From contig OY820905.2 in assembly GCA_963555755.3 (NCBI GenBank), forward strand, positions 1,216,001-1,280,000: a stretch of DNA of 64,000 nucleotides, given 5' to 3'. A model generated the notes under the pieces. That model was not told where the DNA came from. It was given only the letters and a program-made list of their open reading frames with translations, and did no database searches. Shown piece after piece: positions 1-10,293 of the stretch (its first letter is position 1; each line of letters begins with the position of its first letter). This DNA is from Nitrospirales bacterium (lineage in GTDB: Bacteria > Nitrospirota > Nitrospiria > Nitrospirales > UBA8639). The translations under genes were made by a program, and so were the position numbers.

Positions 1-47
1 TTGGTGGTTACGATATTGGGTTCAAACTGTCGTTCAAGAAGACCCAT
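1..47 (-). CDS. nuoB: NADH-quinone oxidoreductase subunit B, 5' end only (runs off the window)
   Basis: Minus strand from the ATG at 47 reads MGLLERQFEPNIVTT; lies directly downstream of nuoA. Confidence 0.8.
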   Translation of the reverse strand, partial: MGLLERQFEPNIVTT

Positions 48-58
48 GAAGAAAATCC

Positions 59-170
59 TTACGTAATGCGTAATGCGTAATGCGTAATCCGTTATGCGTA
101 AGGGGTGACACAAAAAGATGAAAAGGGAAATAGCTCTTTCACATTACGCATCACGCTTCACGCATCACGG
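59..170. repeat. Inverted pair of heptamer tandem arrays (TAATGCG)n ... (CGCATCA-like)n in the nuoA-nuoB spacer
   Basis: cgtaatgcgtaatgcgtaatgcgtaa at ~62-100 and the complementary cattacgcatcacgcttcacgcatcacg at 142-169. Confidence 0.8.
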
Positions 171-172
171 TT

Positions 173-544
173 TCAGTCCCATTCCAACGCACCTTTTTTC
201 CAGACATACCAATAACCAACTACGAGGATAGCGATAAATAATCCCATTTCAATAAGTCCCAACAGGCCCAGTTTTTTAAAAGCCACGGCCCACGGGAACA
301 TGAAGACGATTTCAATATCAAAAATCACGAATAGCATCGCGATGATGTAATACCGCATGGGAAATTGAATGCGCGCATCCGAAAACAACGGGCTGCCACT
401 TTCGTAAGGAAGGAGTTTGGCTCGGTAGGGCCGACTCGGCCGCACGAACAATCCGATCACCAAGGAGACCACGCCAAAGGCAATCCCAATACCAATAAAG
501 ATTGCGATGGGAATATAATTTAATGGAACGGCTTCACTACCCAT
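173..544 (-). CDS. nuoA: NADH-quinone oxidoreductase subunit A
   Basis: PYESG, YYIIAMLFVIFDIE and KKGALEWD motifs; three hydrophobic helices. Confidence 0.95.
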   Translation of the reverse strand: MGSEAVPLNYIPIAIFIGIGIAFGVVSLVIGLFVRPSRPYRAKLLPYESGSPLFSDARIQFPMRYYIIAMLFVIFDIEIVFMFPWAVAFKKLGLLGLIEMGLFIAILVVGYWYVWKKGALEWD

Positions 545-589
545 GTTCAATCAACCTTGGCAATGAATGTACGCGCGAACACAAAAATA

Positions 590-1780
590 TTAATTTGCGC
601 GAGCCCTAAGCACATGTTCAAAAAACGGCCGATGCCGAAGAGCCTGCAGTGTGGGGACTTCCAACCCTTTGTGTTGGATCAACACCTTAAAGGTCGTGCC
701 CATGCCCTGAGGCCGTAACAGTTGCACGACCGCCTGCACCTCTTTGGACTCTTGATCATATCCGGCGACCATTTCATCAATACCCAGGCTCATGAGAAAA
801 TGCATCAGATTGGTAAACCCCGTGAGCGACAAACCGGCCTGCTCGCCAACCTGGGCCAAGCTGGAAAAATTCACATGCGCGGTCATGTCTTGATCACCAA
901 TCCGTTCATAGGGGTTGGCCGCGACCGTATGACGGTAATAACAGAGCAGTGTCCCGTCTTTCCTCATGGGTGAAACATAATCCGAACTCGTATGTCCATA
1001 ATCGATGGTGACCCCCACCCCACGACGCAACACACGCGCCACCTGCTGCATCCAGTCCACCGCATTCAGATTGATTTCCGTGGTAAACCCAACAGGCAAA
1101 TCAACATCGAGAGCTTTGAGCGAATTCGACAACTCATCGGTTGAAGGGGCTTCAAGTTGCTCGACAAACTGGCCACCCACATGGTTGACATAGATTTCTT
1201 TCAATCCTTCACTGGTCATGCGAACTCGATTGACCGGGAACGCATCCACCAATTCATTCGACAACACCATGCCTACCAAAGAGTCGTCGTCCAACACTCC
1301 GAGATTTGATGCCCAAATAATCTTTGCCGTTTTGGAATTGGCCTCCAACATCCGCTCCTGAAGCCTTCGTAGATAGGGGCTACTCTCCACCAAGATGATG
1401 GAAAGCCTAGCACACAGTCCAGGATCGAGCCGCGTCACTTCATCTAACACATCCTTAATACATCGGCCTTCTCCCGGTCCCATCTCAAGAAGCGTGAATT
1501 CCGTAGGCTGCTCTAACAATTCATCAATCTCTTGCAACTGACGAGCAAGACACTTGGCGAGGAAAGGAGACAGACACGGAGCAGTGTAATAATCTCCCCC
1601 ATCCATCCCTATTGGTGAATCGGAATTTTCTCCGCTACAACGATCGCCCCCTGTCATGTAATACCCATGGTCTGGATCATACAGAGCCATCTCCATAAAC
1701 TGGGCAAAGGTAAGCGGATGACCCGCTTCACGGATACGAGAAGAAATTTTTTGTGATAATGGAGTCACAATAATTCCCAA
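590..1780 (-). CDS. SAM-dependent methyltransferase, MidA/NDUFAF7 family
   Basis: FAQFMEMALYDPDHGYY, GDYYTAP, EMGPGEG, SNELVDAFP, IDYG and QDMTAHVNF motifs; adjacent to nuoA. Confidence 0.9.
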   Translation of the reverse strand: MGIIVTPLSQKISSRIREAGHPLTFAQFMEMALYDPDHGYYMTGGDRCSGENSDSPIGMDGGDYYTAPCLSPFLAKCLARQLQEIDELLEQPTEFTLLEMGPGEGRCIKDVLDEVTRLDPGLCARLSIILVESSPYLRRLQERMLEANSKTAKIIWASNLGVLDDDSLVGMVLSNELVDAFPVNRVRMTSEGLKEIYVNHVGGQFVEQLEAPSTDELSNSLKALDVDLPVGFTTEINLNAVDWMQQVARVLRRGVGVTIDYGHTSSDYVSPMRKDGTLLCYYRHTVAANPYERIGDQDMTAHVNFSSLAQVGEQAGLSLTGFTNLMHFLMSLGIDEMVAGYDQESKEVQAVVQLLRPQGMGTTFKVLIQHKGLEVPTLQALRHRPFFEHVLRARAN

Positions 1781-2138
1781 AAAATCCAGGGCTTAAGACA
1801 CAAACCATCCTCGGACCCATAAGCCTAGGCCCATAGGGGTAAGGAGGAATACCTTAGCTTCCAATCCAGGGAATAGTCAAGAGAAGAGACCATTCGCAGC
1901 AATACGGGAAAGTGAGAAAAATCAATACTTTGGGTCGCATGAAAACTCCGCAACACGTTCACGGGATATCAAAAAATTGAAGAATGGGATTTGAAGAATT
2001 GGGTCAGAAAAAATTTCTTGAAATACGTTTTTTGCAGGTGTGGTCTGGGAATGACAGTACCACAGGGGGAGCCTTCACAAAGGGGGCGAGCCCTCCCTCT
2101 AAGATTAGGGAGGTTTGAACTCTTACCTGTGGTGTGGA

Positions 2139-2501
2139 TTACTTCACTTGCTTCAAATGCACGATAGCCTCTTCCACAGCCTTCGTTCCACCACCAACGA
2201 GCCCCATTTCTCCATAGCTCACGGCACTATCGAGTTTTTCAATAGCCACCTTGAGGTGAGGATTGGGGGATTCCTGTTGTGCCATTTTTGCATGCTCTAA
2301 CGCCACTCCGGCATGTTTCGCCACTTCCTTGCCATGTCCCATGTTTCCATGTTCAACCGCTTCCATCGCATGCAAAATGGCTTCCTGAACATGGCTCCCA
2401 CCGCCGCCAGCTCCATAGTGCTCACAGGAAACCATAAGACTCAAAAGTCCGACCATAGCACCCATTATGAAAACTGATCTCAACACATGGGAAAGACTCA
2501 T
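2139..2501 (-). CDS. smbP: Small metal-binding protein (SmbP family), predicted lipoprotein
   Basis: Regularly spaced His pattern (HVQEAILHAMEAVEHGNMGH...KHAGVALEHA...PHL...VHL); lipobox-like VSC; GGAG RBS before the ATG at 2501. Confidence 0.75.
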   Translation of the reverse strand: MSLSHVLRSVFIMGAMVGLLSLMVSCEHYGAGGGGSHVQEAILHAMEAVEHGNMGHGKEVAKHAGVALEHAKMAQQESPNPHLKVAIEKLDSAVSYGEMGLVGGGTKAVEEAIVHLKQVK

Positions 2502-2732
2502 AAGGAACTCCCTGGTACCATGAATGAAGTACATGAATTATGCTCCTGGTTATGATGCAAAATATTCGGGCATTTTAAACTTTACCAATCCGTTTATCCA
2601 CTATTTCCTTACGCTCTACTTCCACCGTCATGAGCACGCTCCCCTGCCCTGACTCGTGCCTCTGAGATTCTCCAGGTGGGCTCGATCCGAGACTTTGCTA
2701 CTGCGGACTGAAAGGAGATCACGTTCCTGTAT

Positions 2733-2922
2733 GGGAATGTTGAAAAAAGCCGCCAGCGGCGTTCTCGCCCTTTTGCCGTGCTCACGTACTGAGAGTACGC
2801 TCCGCGCGTCAAAAGGGCTGCGGCCTTGCTGGACGGACTTTTTTGAACATTCCCTCTCACTGATGTTGGTCGTCTGTCCTGGCGCATTTGTGGGCTTTTG
2901 GCACGAAATATTCAACAGACCC
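2733..2922 (+). mobile_element. MITE family C (ERIC/RPE-like, terminal inverted repeat GGGnnTGTTGAA)
   Basis: Ends gggaatgttgaa / ttcaacagaccc; flanks tgtat / cgtat; inverted copy at 53473-53686. Confidence 0.75.
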
Positions 2923-3069
2923 CGTATCGCACACTGTACAACCTGTAATCCTCGCCCATCATTCCTCGCAATGGGGCAGTTGCATTCTATGTATTCCCAA
3001 GAGGCTGGCGCTGCTTTCATACCAACAGGAGATGAGACAGTGAGATGGAACGTACCGTGAGGAACCCAT

Positions 3070-3143
3070 AGGGTCAGACAAGATTTATTGAAAAACTATG
3101 GACTCTTTCACCAAAATTCCATATTAATTCGAGTCTGACCCCA
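3070..3143. repeat. Short element bounded by GGGTCAGAC ... GTCTGACCC inverted repeats
   Basis: gggtcagac at 3071 and taattcgagtctgacccc at 3125-3142; 16 nt identical to the intron 5' exon at 38831-38846. Confidence 0.6.
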
Positions 3144-3208
3144 TTTTTAAGTCTTACAAAGGAGGGGGCTGTTCTTCCACACCATGGGACTGACTTGTTT
3201 CGCTTGGA

Positions 3209-4192
3209 TCAACTGAGAATCAGGTATATTAAGGTAGCTAAGAGACCTGCTCCTGGGAGGGTACACAGCCAGGCGTACATAATCCGCTTGGTTACGCCCC
3301 ATTTAACCGCGGACAGGCCCCTCACGGCTCCAACCCCCATAATGGATGACGTAATCGTGTGCGTCGTACTCACAGGCAGGCCGATATGCGCGGCGGCCAT
3401 GAGTACCACGCCGGCTCCGGTTTCCGCCACAAACCCGTGGACGGGTTCGAGTTTGACGATGTTCATCCCCAAGGTCTTGATGATCTTCCATCCTCCCATC
3501 ATGGTTCCCAGACCCATTGCCAACGCACAGGAGACGATCACCCATGTGGGAACCTCAGCCGTAGGAATCTGACCCGACGACAGAAGGGCCAGCGTAATGA
3601 TGCCCATGGCCTTTTGCGCATCATTGGCTCCATGACTCAAGGCCATAAAGCCCGCTGAGGCTATCTGCAGTTTACGAAACAACCACACCCCGAAACCTCG
3701 CTGGGTTCGATAAAATACCCAACTGATTATCACCATCAGTAAAAACGCCATGATGAACCCAAACAGCGGAGAAAAAATCAGCGCCTGCAGAACTTTGAAG
3801 AGTCCTGAGATCTTCACGACACTCACACCGCCATGGATGAGCCCCGCTCCTACCAATCCTCCGATTAACGCGTGAGAGGAGCTCGAGGGCAATCCCATTT
3901 GCAAGGTCAGAAAATTCCAAATGATGGCTCCTCCTAAGGCGGCGATAACCACCACCTCCGTCACTGAGCTCGGGTCAACGATGCCCTTTCCAATGGTTAT
4001 GGCCACAGCAGTGGACAGAAAGGCGCCGGCCACATTTAAGACACCTGCCATGAGCACGGCCGTTAACGGGCTCAAGACCCGAGTCGAGACGACCGTGGCA
4101 ATCGCATTGGCACTGTCATGCCACCCATTAGAAAAATCAAACACCAGGGCCAGGATGACTACCAGGATGAGCATGGTGCTAAAGTCAAACAT
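3209..4192 (-). CDS. Inorganic phosphate transporter, PiT family
   Basis: NGWHDSANAIAT, PSSSSHALIGG, HGANDAQK and PVSTTH signatures. Confidence 0.95.
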   Translation of the reverse strand: MFDFSTMLILVVILALVFDFSNGWHDSANAIATVVSTRVLSPLTAVLMAGVLNVAGAFLSTAVAITIGKGIVDPSSVTEVVVIAALGGAIIWNFLTLQMGLPSSSSHALIGGLVGAGLIHGGVSVVKISGLFKVLQALIFSPLFGFIMAFLLMVIISWVFYRTQRGFGVWLFRKLQIASAGFMALSHGANDAQKAMGIITLALLSSGQIPTAEVPTWVIVSCALAMGLGTMMGGWKIIKTLGMNIVKLEPVHGFVAETGAGVVLMAAAHIGLPVSTTHTITSSIMGVGAVRGLSAVKWGVTKRIMYAWLCTLPGAGLLATLIYLILS

Positions 4193-4299
4193 CAGCCTGT
4201 ACCTGATAAAATTGGTTGAAGAACAAGAACGTAGACTGAGCCATAGTTTTCTGATGACATCCTTTCACTGAATGAATAGGTTGAACAGGTAGGTTATTA

Positions 4300-4456
4300 G
4301 GGTTCGCACAAGATTAATTTCCCCTGTTTGGGCGTTGATCCATCCGGTCTGGCGGCGTTGCTCGTCCTTTCCATACGAGGAGTATGCGCAGTCCTCACGC
4401 CTTGCCAGACAGGCGTCTCAGCACCCAAACAGGGGAAATTAATCTTTCACGAACCC
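4300..4456 (+). mobile_element. MITE family A (157 bp, TTA duplication)
   Basis: Ends gggttcgcacaaga / tttcacgaaccc, TTA on both sides; copies at 6941, 7101, 29927 and 30292. Confidence 0.85.
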
Positions 4457-4462
4457 TTACCG

Positions 4463-5080
4463 TCACGTGGCTTTGAGGGAAATGCGTTCCAAGACATTCG
4501 ACACATCCTCGCAACAATCGGTGCCGATCTCGAAACTCTCGTAAATTTCCTTCCATTTCATGACCATAATCGGATCCTTTTCCTCCTCGAACAACCTCGA
4601 GATGGCGTTCCGACTCACCCGGTCTGCTTCATTTTCCAAACTATTCACCTGGATATTGAATTGAGACGCATCAAGGTTCCCCTGTGCGAGATTTTCGACC
4701 CCTACCCCCACTGCCTTAGAAGCCTTGTACAAAATGTCTGCCAACTGTACGGCCGTGTCAGTAGGCTTGCTGATTTTATAGATCAGAAACAGATCAGCCA
4801 CCGCATCGATTTCATCTAAGACATCATCCAACGCACTGGTTAAATCGTGAATATCCTCACGATCGAGAGGCGTGATAAAGGTCTGATTGAGTCTTCGGAC
4901 AATGTCGTGGGTGATATCGTCCCCTTGATGCTCAACGTCTTTAATCCGACCAACTTTCTCTTGGACATCCTGATAATCATCCATCAATTCCTTGAGCAGC
5001 CGCCCCCCTTCAATCACATTTTTGGAAGACTGTTGAAATAGGCTGAAAAAATCTTCTTCTCGCGGCATGAAATTAAACAT
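4463..5080 (-). CDS. DUF47 / PhoU-like phosphate transport regulator
   Basis: EHQGD, FITPLDREDI, ENEAD and DCCEDV motifs; upstream of the PiT gene. Confidence 0.9.
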   Translation of the reverse strand: MFNFMPREEDFFSLFQQSSKNVIEGGRLLKELMDDYQDVQEKVGRIKDVEHQGDDITHDIVRRLNQTFITPLDREDIHDLTSALDDVLDEIDAVADLFLIYKISKPTDTAVQLADILYKASKAVGVGVENLAQGNLDASQFNIQVNSLENEADRVSRNAISRLFEEEKDPIMVMKWKEIYESFEIGTDCCEDVSNVLERISLKAT

Positions 5081-5466
5081 GTCCCTGGATTCTCCTTTTA
5101 CTCACGGCTTAGAAGAAAATACCGTCCTGACAGATGACGCATCTCCCTATTTTCAAGAATGAAGCTGCACTTTTTACCACATTTTTTTCGAATAAATCCA
5201 ATCGGGCCGAGGCAGGAAACCTTTTCAGGCGGGATTCATCGACCCAATCGTGTATCAGAAGACAATTCGATCCCGTCTACGGCACAGGGTTGTAGCATAT
5301 TTTGCTCTGGCTGTCTTTAAATTGAAGGCAAATTTGTGGTGAGGGATTGTCATACATGAAAACGGCAAATTTACCCAACCCTACCGTGCCATACCCTTTG
5401 CCCTTGCAATACTCCCAACCTTCCTGCTGGCCGCTTGACTGTACTTTCATCAGGACCAAAGCTGGC

Positions 5467-5516
5467 TTCAACCTCGAAACGGCAGTTTGGCGCCAAACTA
5501 CCGTTTCGAGGTTGAA
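5467..5516. repeat. REP-like palindrome with AAACGGCAGTT core
   Basis: Near-perfect 50-bp hairpin; related copies at 29689-29750 and 45835-45878. Confidence 0.7.
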
Positions 5517-5629
5517 TATTTCGCACCTGACTGGCACTCTTGCCAGTCAAGACCGAAACAAACTATTTACACTCCCATTGCTCATCCCTTTCATCAAAGG
5601 GAAAAAGCTATTGAGAAGGAAAAATTTTT

Positions 5630-5959
5630 ATGGAGATTGACCCATCCAGCTTAGATCGCATTGTAGCCTTTGCAGAATTTCTTCAACGCGCGAAGGAAGC
5701 CGGCGCCAAGCTCTCGTTTGTCAGTACACCCACCGAACACGGCGATAATATTACGGCCACCGCCACCATCAATGACGAACGAACAAACATCGGCCTTCTG
5801 TTTTGGGATGTCAGCCTGCTTCAAGAACGTGGGCTGGTTGATACACTGGAAGAAGACGACCTTGCCCTAGGCATGACCATCACCGATGGGATGGTCGAGG
5901 ATGCGGAAAAAATTCTCTCCTTTGCTAAAACCGAGTCCGCAAAAATTGGGAATCCATGA
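5630..5959 (+). CDS. Hypothetical acidic protein
   Basis: 109-aa ORF with natural composition and an AAGGA RBS. Confidence 0.65.
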   Translation: MEIDPSSLDRIVAFAEFLQRAKEAGAKLSFVSTPTEHGDNITATATINDERTNIGLLFWDVSLLQERGLVDTLEEDDLALGMTITDGMVEDAEKILSFAKTESAKIGNP

Positions 5960-6062
5960 AAAGCCCAACGGTGGTGTCCCAGGACTCTACCTCCCCTTCC
6001 ACATTCTAATAAAGGAGGAAATTTGCACCTCTATCGTAATAATAATGAGGAAGGATACGTGC

Positions 6063-6428
6063 ATGCCACAACTCATTGAACAGCCTAGCGTCATCCCTCC
6101 CCCCGGCAACAACCCCAAACTCATTGAAGAGTATTCAGGACGAGTCACGACCAAGACGGACGACGTAAGCATTGCAAGGATTGTGTGTCCACCTGGATGG
6201 ACAGAGGTGGGACAGTGCCCTGAGTTTACCGAGACCAAGGTCATCCTCAAGGGCATGCTGCAAGTCGAACACAAGGATGGGGTTATGTTAGTCCGTGTCG
6301 GCCAAGCCGTGATTTGTCACCCGACTGAATGGGTGCGATACAGTGCGTGTCCCACAGAGGGCGCAGAATATGTCGCGGTATGCGTCCCGGCCTTTTCACC
6401 TTCGACCGTCCACCGTGATCCAGAATAA
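6063..6428 (+). CDS. Cupin domain protein (EutQ-like)
   Basis: KLIEEYSGRV, GWTEVGQCPEFTE, EWVRYS and EYVAVCVPAFSP; RBS before the ATG at 6063. Confidence 0.85.
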   Translation: MPQLIEQPSVIPPPGNNPKLIEEYSGRVTTKTDDVSIARIVCPPGWTEVGQCPEFTETKVILKGMLQVEHKDGVMLVRVGQAVICHPTEWVRYSACPTEGAEYVAVCVPAFSPSTVHRDPE

Positions 6429-6814
6429 GACCGAAGATGGAGCCCGGTCTAGGCAAAACATATCATTACTCCCTTTGCCTAACCCATTTGCCCTGAGCAT
6501 ATCGAAGGGTAAGGGGGGCAGGACATAGGGTAAAGTAGAGCACTGGTGCTCTACTCTACCAAAATTCTGACCCCACATTTGCTTCGCAGCTTTTGGCCGG
6601 GATTCCGGTTCAGTTTCGGAGCCGACACTTCCCCTTTGCCCAGTTCCCCCACTCACACACCGTAATGGAGCGACATGCTGGCCCGATCCTGGGAAAATGG
6701 GCCGGTCAGACCCTCCTCACAGGATGCACCCCCGCATTTCAGACGGCGGAGTCTGCGGATTGCCCCTTCACCGCGTCCTTTGGAACTTTGCTGTTCGGTC
6801 ACACAGGCCTTTCT

Positions 6815-6941
6815 ATTCCCGAACCCCGGAGAATGGCAAGTGACGGTCGAAACCGAAGACGAACGGATTATCGGAAAGACGACATTTTTAGTCGAACCAG
6901 ATGACAGAGTATTTCGACGAGTAGAGACATTGGTATATTAG
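6815..6941 (+). pseudogene. C-terminal fragment of a DUF2914-like protein
   Basis: PGEWQVTVETEDERIIG resembles the DUF2914 C-terminal motif; no matching N-terminus; stop overlaps the MITE end. Confidence 0.4.
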
Positions 6942-7257
6942 GGCTCGCGCACAAATAGCTTCCCCTGTTTGGGCGCCGATCCATCCTGTCTGGCGGCGTT
7001 GCTCGTCCTTTCCATACGAGGAGTATGCGCAATCCTCGCGCCTTGCCAACCAGGCGTTTCAGCACCCAAACAGGGAAAGATATTTTTGCGCGAGCCCTTA
7101 GGGTTCGCGCAAGAATAACTCCCCATGTTTGGGCGTCGATCCATCCCGTCTGGCGGCGTTGCTCGTCCTTTCCATGCGAGGAGGATGCGCAGTCCTCGCG
7201 CCTCGCCAGACAAGCGTCTCAGCACCCAAACATGGGGAGTTATTCTTGCGCGAACCC
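6941..7257 (+). mobile_element. Two tandem MITE family A copies (6941-7097 and 7101-7257)
   Basis: TTA-A-TTA-A-TTA arrangement. Confidence 0.9.
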
Positions 7258-7264
7258 TTAGCGG

Positions 7265-7672
7265 TCATTCATATCGATACCCGCCGCTGATGTGCCGTTC
7301 GAATGTTGAGGATAAACCACGGTGATCTCGGTAAATTGACGACTCTACGATATCCTTATTTTTAGGCGCGATCTCCCCTGCCATAGTAAAATGTTTCTTG
7401 GCTTGCTCATGCAGTCCAAGCTTATGTTCCGTGAGGGCGAGATTAAAGAACGCTTCCGGCAATGTTGAATCGGCTCGCGTCGCTGCTTCGAAACGGCTTT
7501 TCGCTTCTTGCCACTTCCCATCATTGTATAATTGTATTCCTTCAAGATTGTGCTGAGCAGCCGTCGGGCTCGATATGGGCAGGACCGCTAAAGGACCAGA
7601 CTTTGTCGCACATCCTGCGAGCATGGCGAGGAATACAAAGACCATGAGGCCTTGAATCATTCTGTATGGCAT
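7265..7672 (-). CDS. TPR-repeat lipoprotein
   Basis: LAGC lipobox; TPR-like HNLEGI...EAFFNLAL. Confidence 0.8.
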   Translation of the reverse strand: MPYRMIQGLMVFVFLAMLAGCATKSGPLAVLPISSPTAAQHNLEGIQLYNDGKWQEAKSRFEAATRADSTLPEAFFNLALTEHKLGLHEQAKKHFTMAGEIAPKNKDIVESSIYRDHRGLSSTFERHISGGYRYE

Positions 7673-7857
7673 ACCCTACCCTCCAATAGTTTTCCGTTTA
7701 CGCGCGCCCCTCACCTCAGTCCTCTCCCCCCAAAAGGGGGCGAGGAGGTATGGGGAAGCCTTCATATCACATGAGCACGTTCTCGATTTTTTTTCAAACC
7801 CACTACTCAGGTGCCTGCCATTGTAGATAGAACGGCATTACGATACCATGCCGCATC

Positions 7858-9252
7858 ATGACTTATGATGTGTTAATTGTTGGTGGAGGGTCTGCAGGCT
7901 ATGCAGCGGCGCGAACGGCTCGCGACGAAGGGGCGAACGTTGGCATTATCGACCAGGGACCTCTGGGAGGTTTGTGTATTTTACGCGGATGCATGCCCAC
8001 CAAGACGATCTTGCGCTCCTCTGACATCATGTCGCTTATGAAGCGTGCTGAAGAATTCGGCTTACATCCAGTTTCGGCGAAAGCCAATCTCTCGGCGATT
8101 ATTGATCGCAAGGCTCGACTCATTGGTGAGTTTGCCGATGACCGAATTCAGGCGTTGAAAGATTCGCGTTTCACCTTGTACGAAGATCGAGCAAGGTTTC
8201 TTTCACCACAGGAAGTTCAAGTTGGGCCTCGAACACTCAAGGCCAACACCATAATCCTTGCTACCGGCTCGGTGGTGTCGCGTATCCCAATCCCCGGCCT
8301 TGAAGAAGTCGGGTATATCACGAGTGATGAGGCCTTGGAGTTACGTGACTTGCCTCAGTCCATGATCGTGTTGGGTGGCGGACCTGTCGCCATCGAACTC
8401 GCCCAATTTTACTCCCGCATTGGGACCAAGGTCACTCTCCTCCAACGAAGCGCCCATATTATGTCCAGCGGAGACGAAGACGTGGCGATTCCGGTCGAAA
8501 CTCGATTCCGGGAAGAAGGCATGACCGTGTTCACCAACACTCAACTTCATCGGGTTACAAAAAATGGCACACAGAAGGTCGCGCACTTCTCACACGAGGG
8601 GCAAGAAAAAACCATCGCCGCGGATGTCGTGCTCCAAGCTCTTGGCCGACAACCGAATATCGACAGTCTAAACCTTGAAGCGGCAGGGATTGAAACACAG
8701 AACGGCAAATTCGCGGTAGATGATGCGATGCGCACCAATCAACCGCATATCTTTGCCGTGGGTGACGTGAACGGCATGCATGAGATTGTGCACATTGCGA
8801 TTGAACAGGGAGAAATCGCCGGCTGGAATGCCGTGCACCCGAACGACTCATCACGAAAGTATGACGATAGACTGAAAACGCAAGTCGTCTTTACCGACCC
8901 CCAAGTCGCCAGCGTGGGTTTGAGCGAAAAAGAATGCCGGAGAGAGAACATGGCTTACATGACCGCATCGTATCCGTTTAACGACCATGGAAAATCCATG
9001 ACGCTTGGTGAAACCCATGGTCATGTCAAACTCCTAGCCGATCCTCTCACCGGGACAATCCTTGGCGCTCATATCGTCGGCCCCGAAGCCGCCGAACTCA
9101 TTCATGAACTCATCGCCGTAATGTATTTCCATGGCACAGTTTATGACCTGATGCGCATGCCTCACTATCATCCCACCCTATCCGAAATCATCACCTATCC
9201 AGCCGAAGAATTGCTAGCACGCATACCAAAGCCTGCAAATCGCCTTTCATGA
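7858..9252 (+). CDS. Pyridine nucleotide-disulfide oxidoreductase (dihydrolipoamide dehydrogenase / MerA-like family)
   Basis: GGGSAG, redox motif GGLCILRGCMP, HIFAVGD and HYHPTLSE; no MerA C-terminal Cys pair. Confidence 0.9.
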   Translation: MTYDVLIVGGGSAGYAAARTARDEGANVGIIDQGPLGGLCILRGCMPTKTILRSSDIMSLMKRAEEFGLHPVSAKANLSAIIDRKARLIGEFADDRIQALKDSRFTLYEDRARFLSPQEVQVGPRTLKANTIILATGSVVSRIPIPGLEEVGYITSDEALELRDLPQSMIVLGGGPVAIELAQFYSRIGTKVTLLQRSAHIMSSGDEDVAIPVETRFREEGMTVFTNTQLHRVTKNGTQKVAHFSHEGQEKTIAADVVLQALGRQPNIDSLNLEAAGIETQNGKFAVDDAMRTNQPHIFAVGDVNGMHEIVHIAIEQGEIAGWNAVHPNDSSRKYDDRLKTQVVFTDPQVASVGLSEKECRRENMAYMTASYPFNDHGKSMTLGETHGHVKLLADPLTGTILGAHIVGPEAAELIHELIAVMYFHGTVYDLMRMPHYHPTLSEIITYPAEELLARIPKPANRLS

Positions 9253-9295
9253 AGCCAGCCCGCAAATAGGTTTCGTCCATGTAACCTAGAAACCG

Positions 9296-10216
9296 CTAAT
9301 AATTTTTTAGGAGCATATCATCAGAGATTTTTTTTCCTGGCAAGTCATTCACTCTACGTTCCTCAATACTTCTAGCGATTTTTTGTATGGGTTTTACTAG
9401 CCCCTTGCCAGCGAACACATATTCGATCCATCCTTTTTCTTTTATCCTTTTCCTTAACGCATCCACAGATAACCGATTGGGAAGTCTCAATGCTGTTGGA
9501 CTTTTCTTTGCTTTGAATAACAATTTGAGATTTGAGGTTGTGTCTATCGTGAGCACATCAAAATAACAACTGGCACATGACACCAAGGTGTCGATACTAA
9601 AATATACAATATGCGCCTTGAAATAGGTGTTGTGCGGGGAGGCATCGTTTGTTTCAATCCAGGGAACCTCAACAAACAGAACCCCGTGTTCATTCAACGA
9701 ATGATACAGTTTTTCCATTGCAACGAGTGGAGAGGCCAAATGCTCAAGAACATGAAACATTGTTATGACATCAGACTGTCCCCGCAAGCTTTCGATTCCA
9801 CCGGTTTCAATTGTGCAACCATATTCGTTCTTGGCATATTCAGAATAGCCAATGTTTGGTTCGAGTCCTTTTGAATCAAACCCCATTTTGCCTGACAAAT
9901 AGACAAACTCTCCCCCCCCGGCTCCAACATCAATTAACGTTCCTGCTGTCACGGAATGTTTGTGAAGAAAGTTGATTCGGTGTATGGCTGTCTTTGCTGC
10001 ACGATATACATGTTTTGGCTTTGGAGAATATGTTTTTTTATAATCCGCGCGATAGTTGTGGGAGTAATATATTTTGAGCTCATCCGTAGGTGGAATTGGA
10101 GTTTGTTGGACCAGACCACAATGTGTACATATTGACACCACCAATCTTTCAGAAGATTTAGCATCGACTTCCGAAACCGTCTCGAACGAGACTTTCTTGC
10201 ACAACACACAACTCAT
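9296..10216 (-). CDS. Class I SAM-dependent methyltransferase with N-terminal Zn ribbon
   Basis: CVLC...CTHCG, LIDVGAGGG and DVITMFHVLEH; lower GC than its neighbours. Confidence 0.85.
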   Translation of the reverse strand: MSCVLCKKVSFETVSEVDAKSSERLVVSICTHCGLVQQTPIPPTDELKIYYSHNYRADYKKTYSPKPKHVYRAAKTAIHRINFLHKHSVTAGTLIDVGAGGGEFVYLSGKMGFDSKGLEPNIGYSEYAKNEYGCTIETGGIESLRGQSDVITMFHVLEHLASPLVAMEKLYHSLNEHGVLFVEVPWIETNDASPHNTYFKAHIVYFSIDTLVSCASCYFDVLTIDTTSNLKLLFKAKKSPTALRLPNRLSVDALRKRIKEKGWIEYVFAGKGLVKPIQKIARSIEERRVNDLPGKKISDDMLLKNY

Positions 10217-10293
10217 CAGGACTCCACAGTCTTTTTTCTATGGCGCACATGGAAAGTTATTTTTGCGCGAGCCTTAAGATACTTGAGCGGTTT

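Noticed and set aside
7858..9252. Mercuric reductase merA
   Set aside because: No C-terminal Cys-Cys, no HMA domain and no mer operon.
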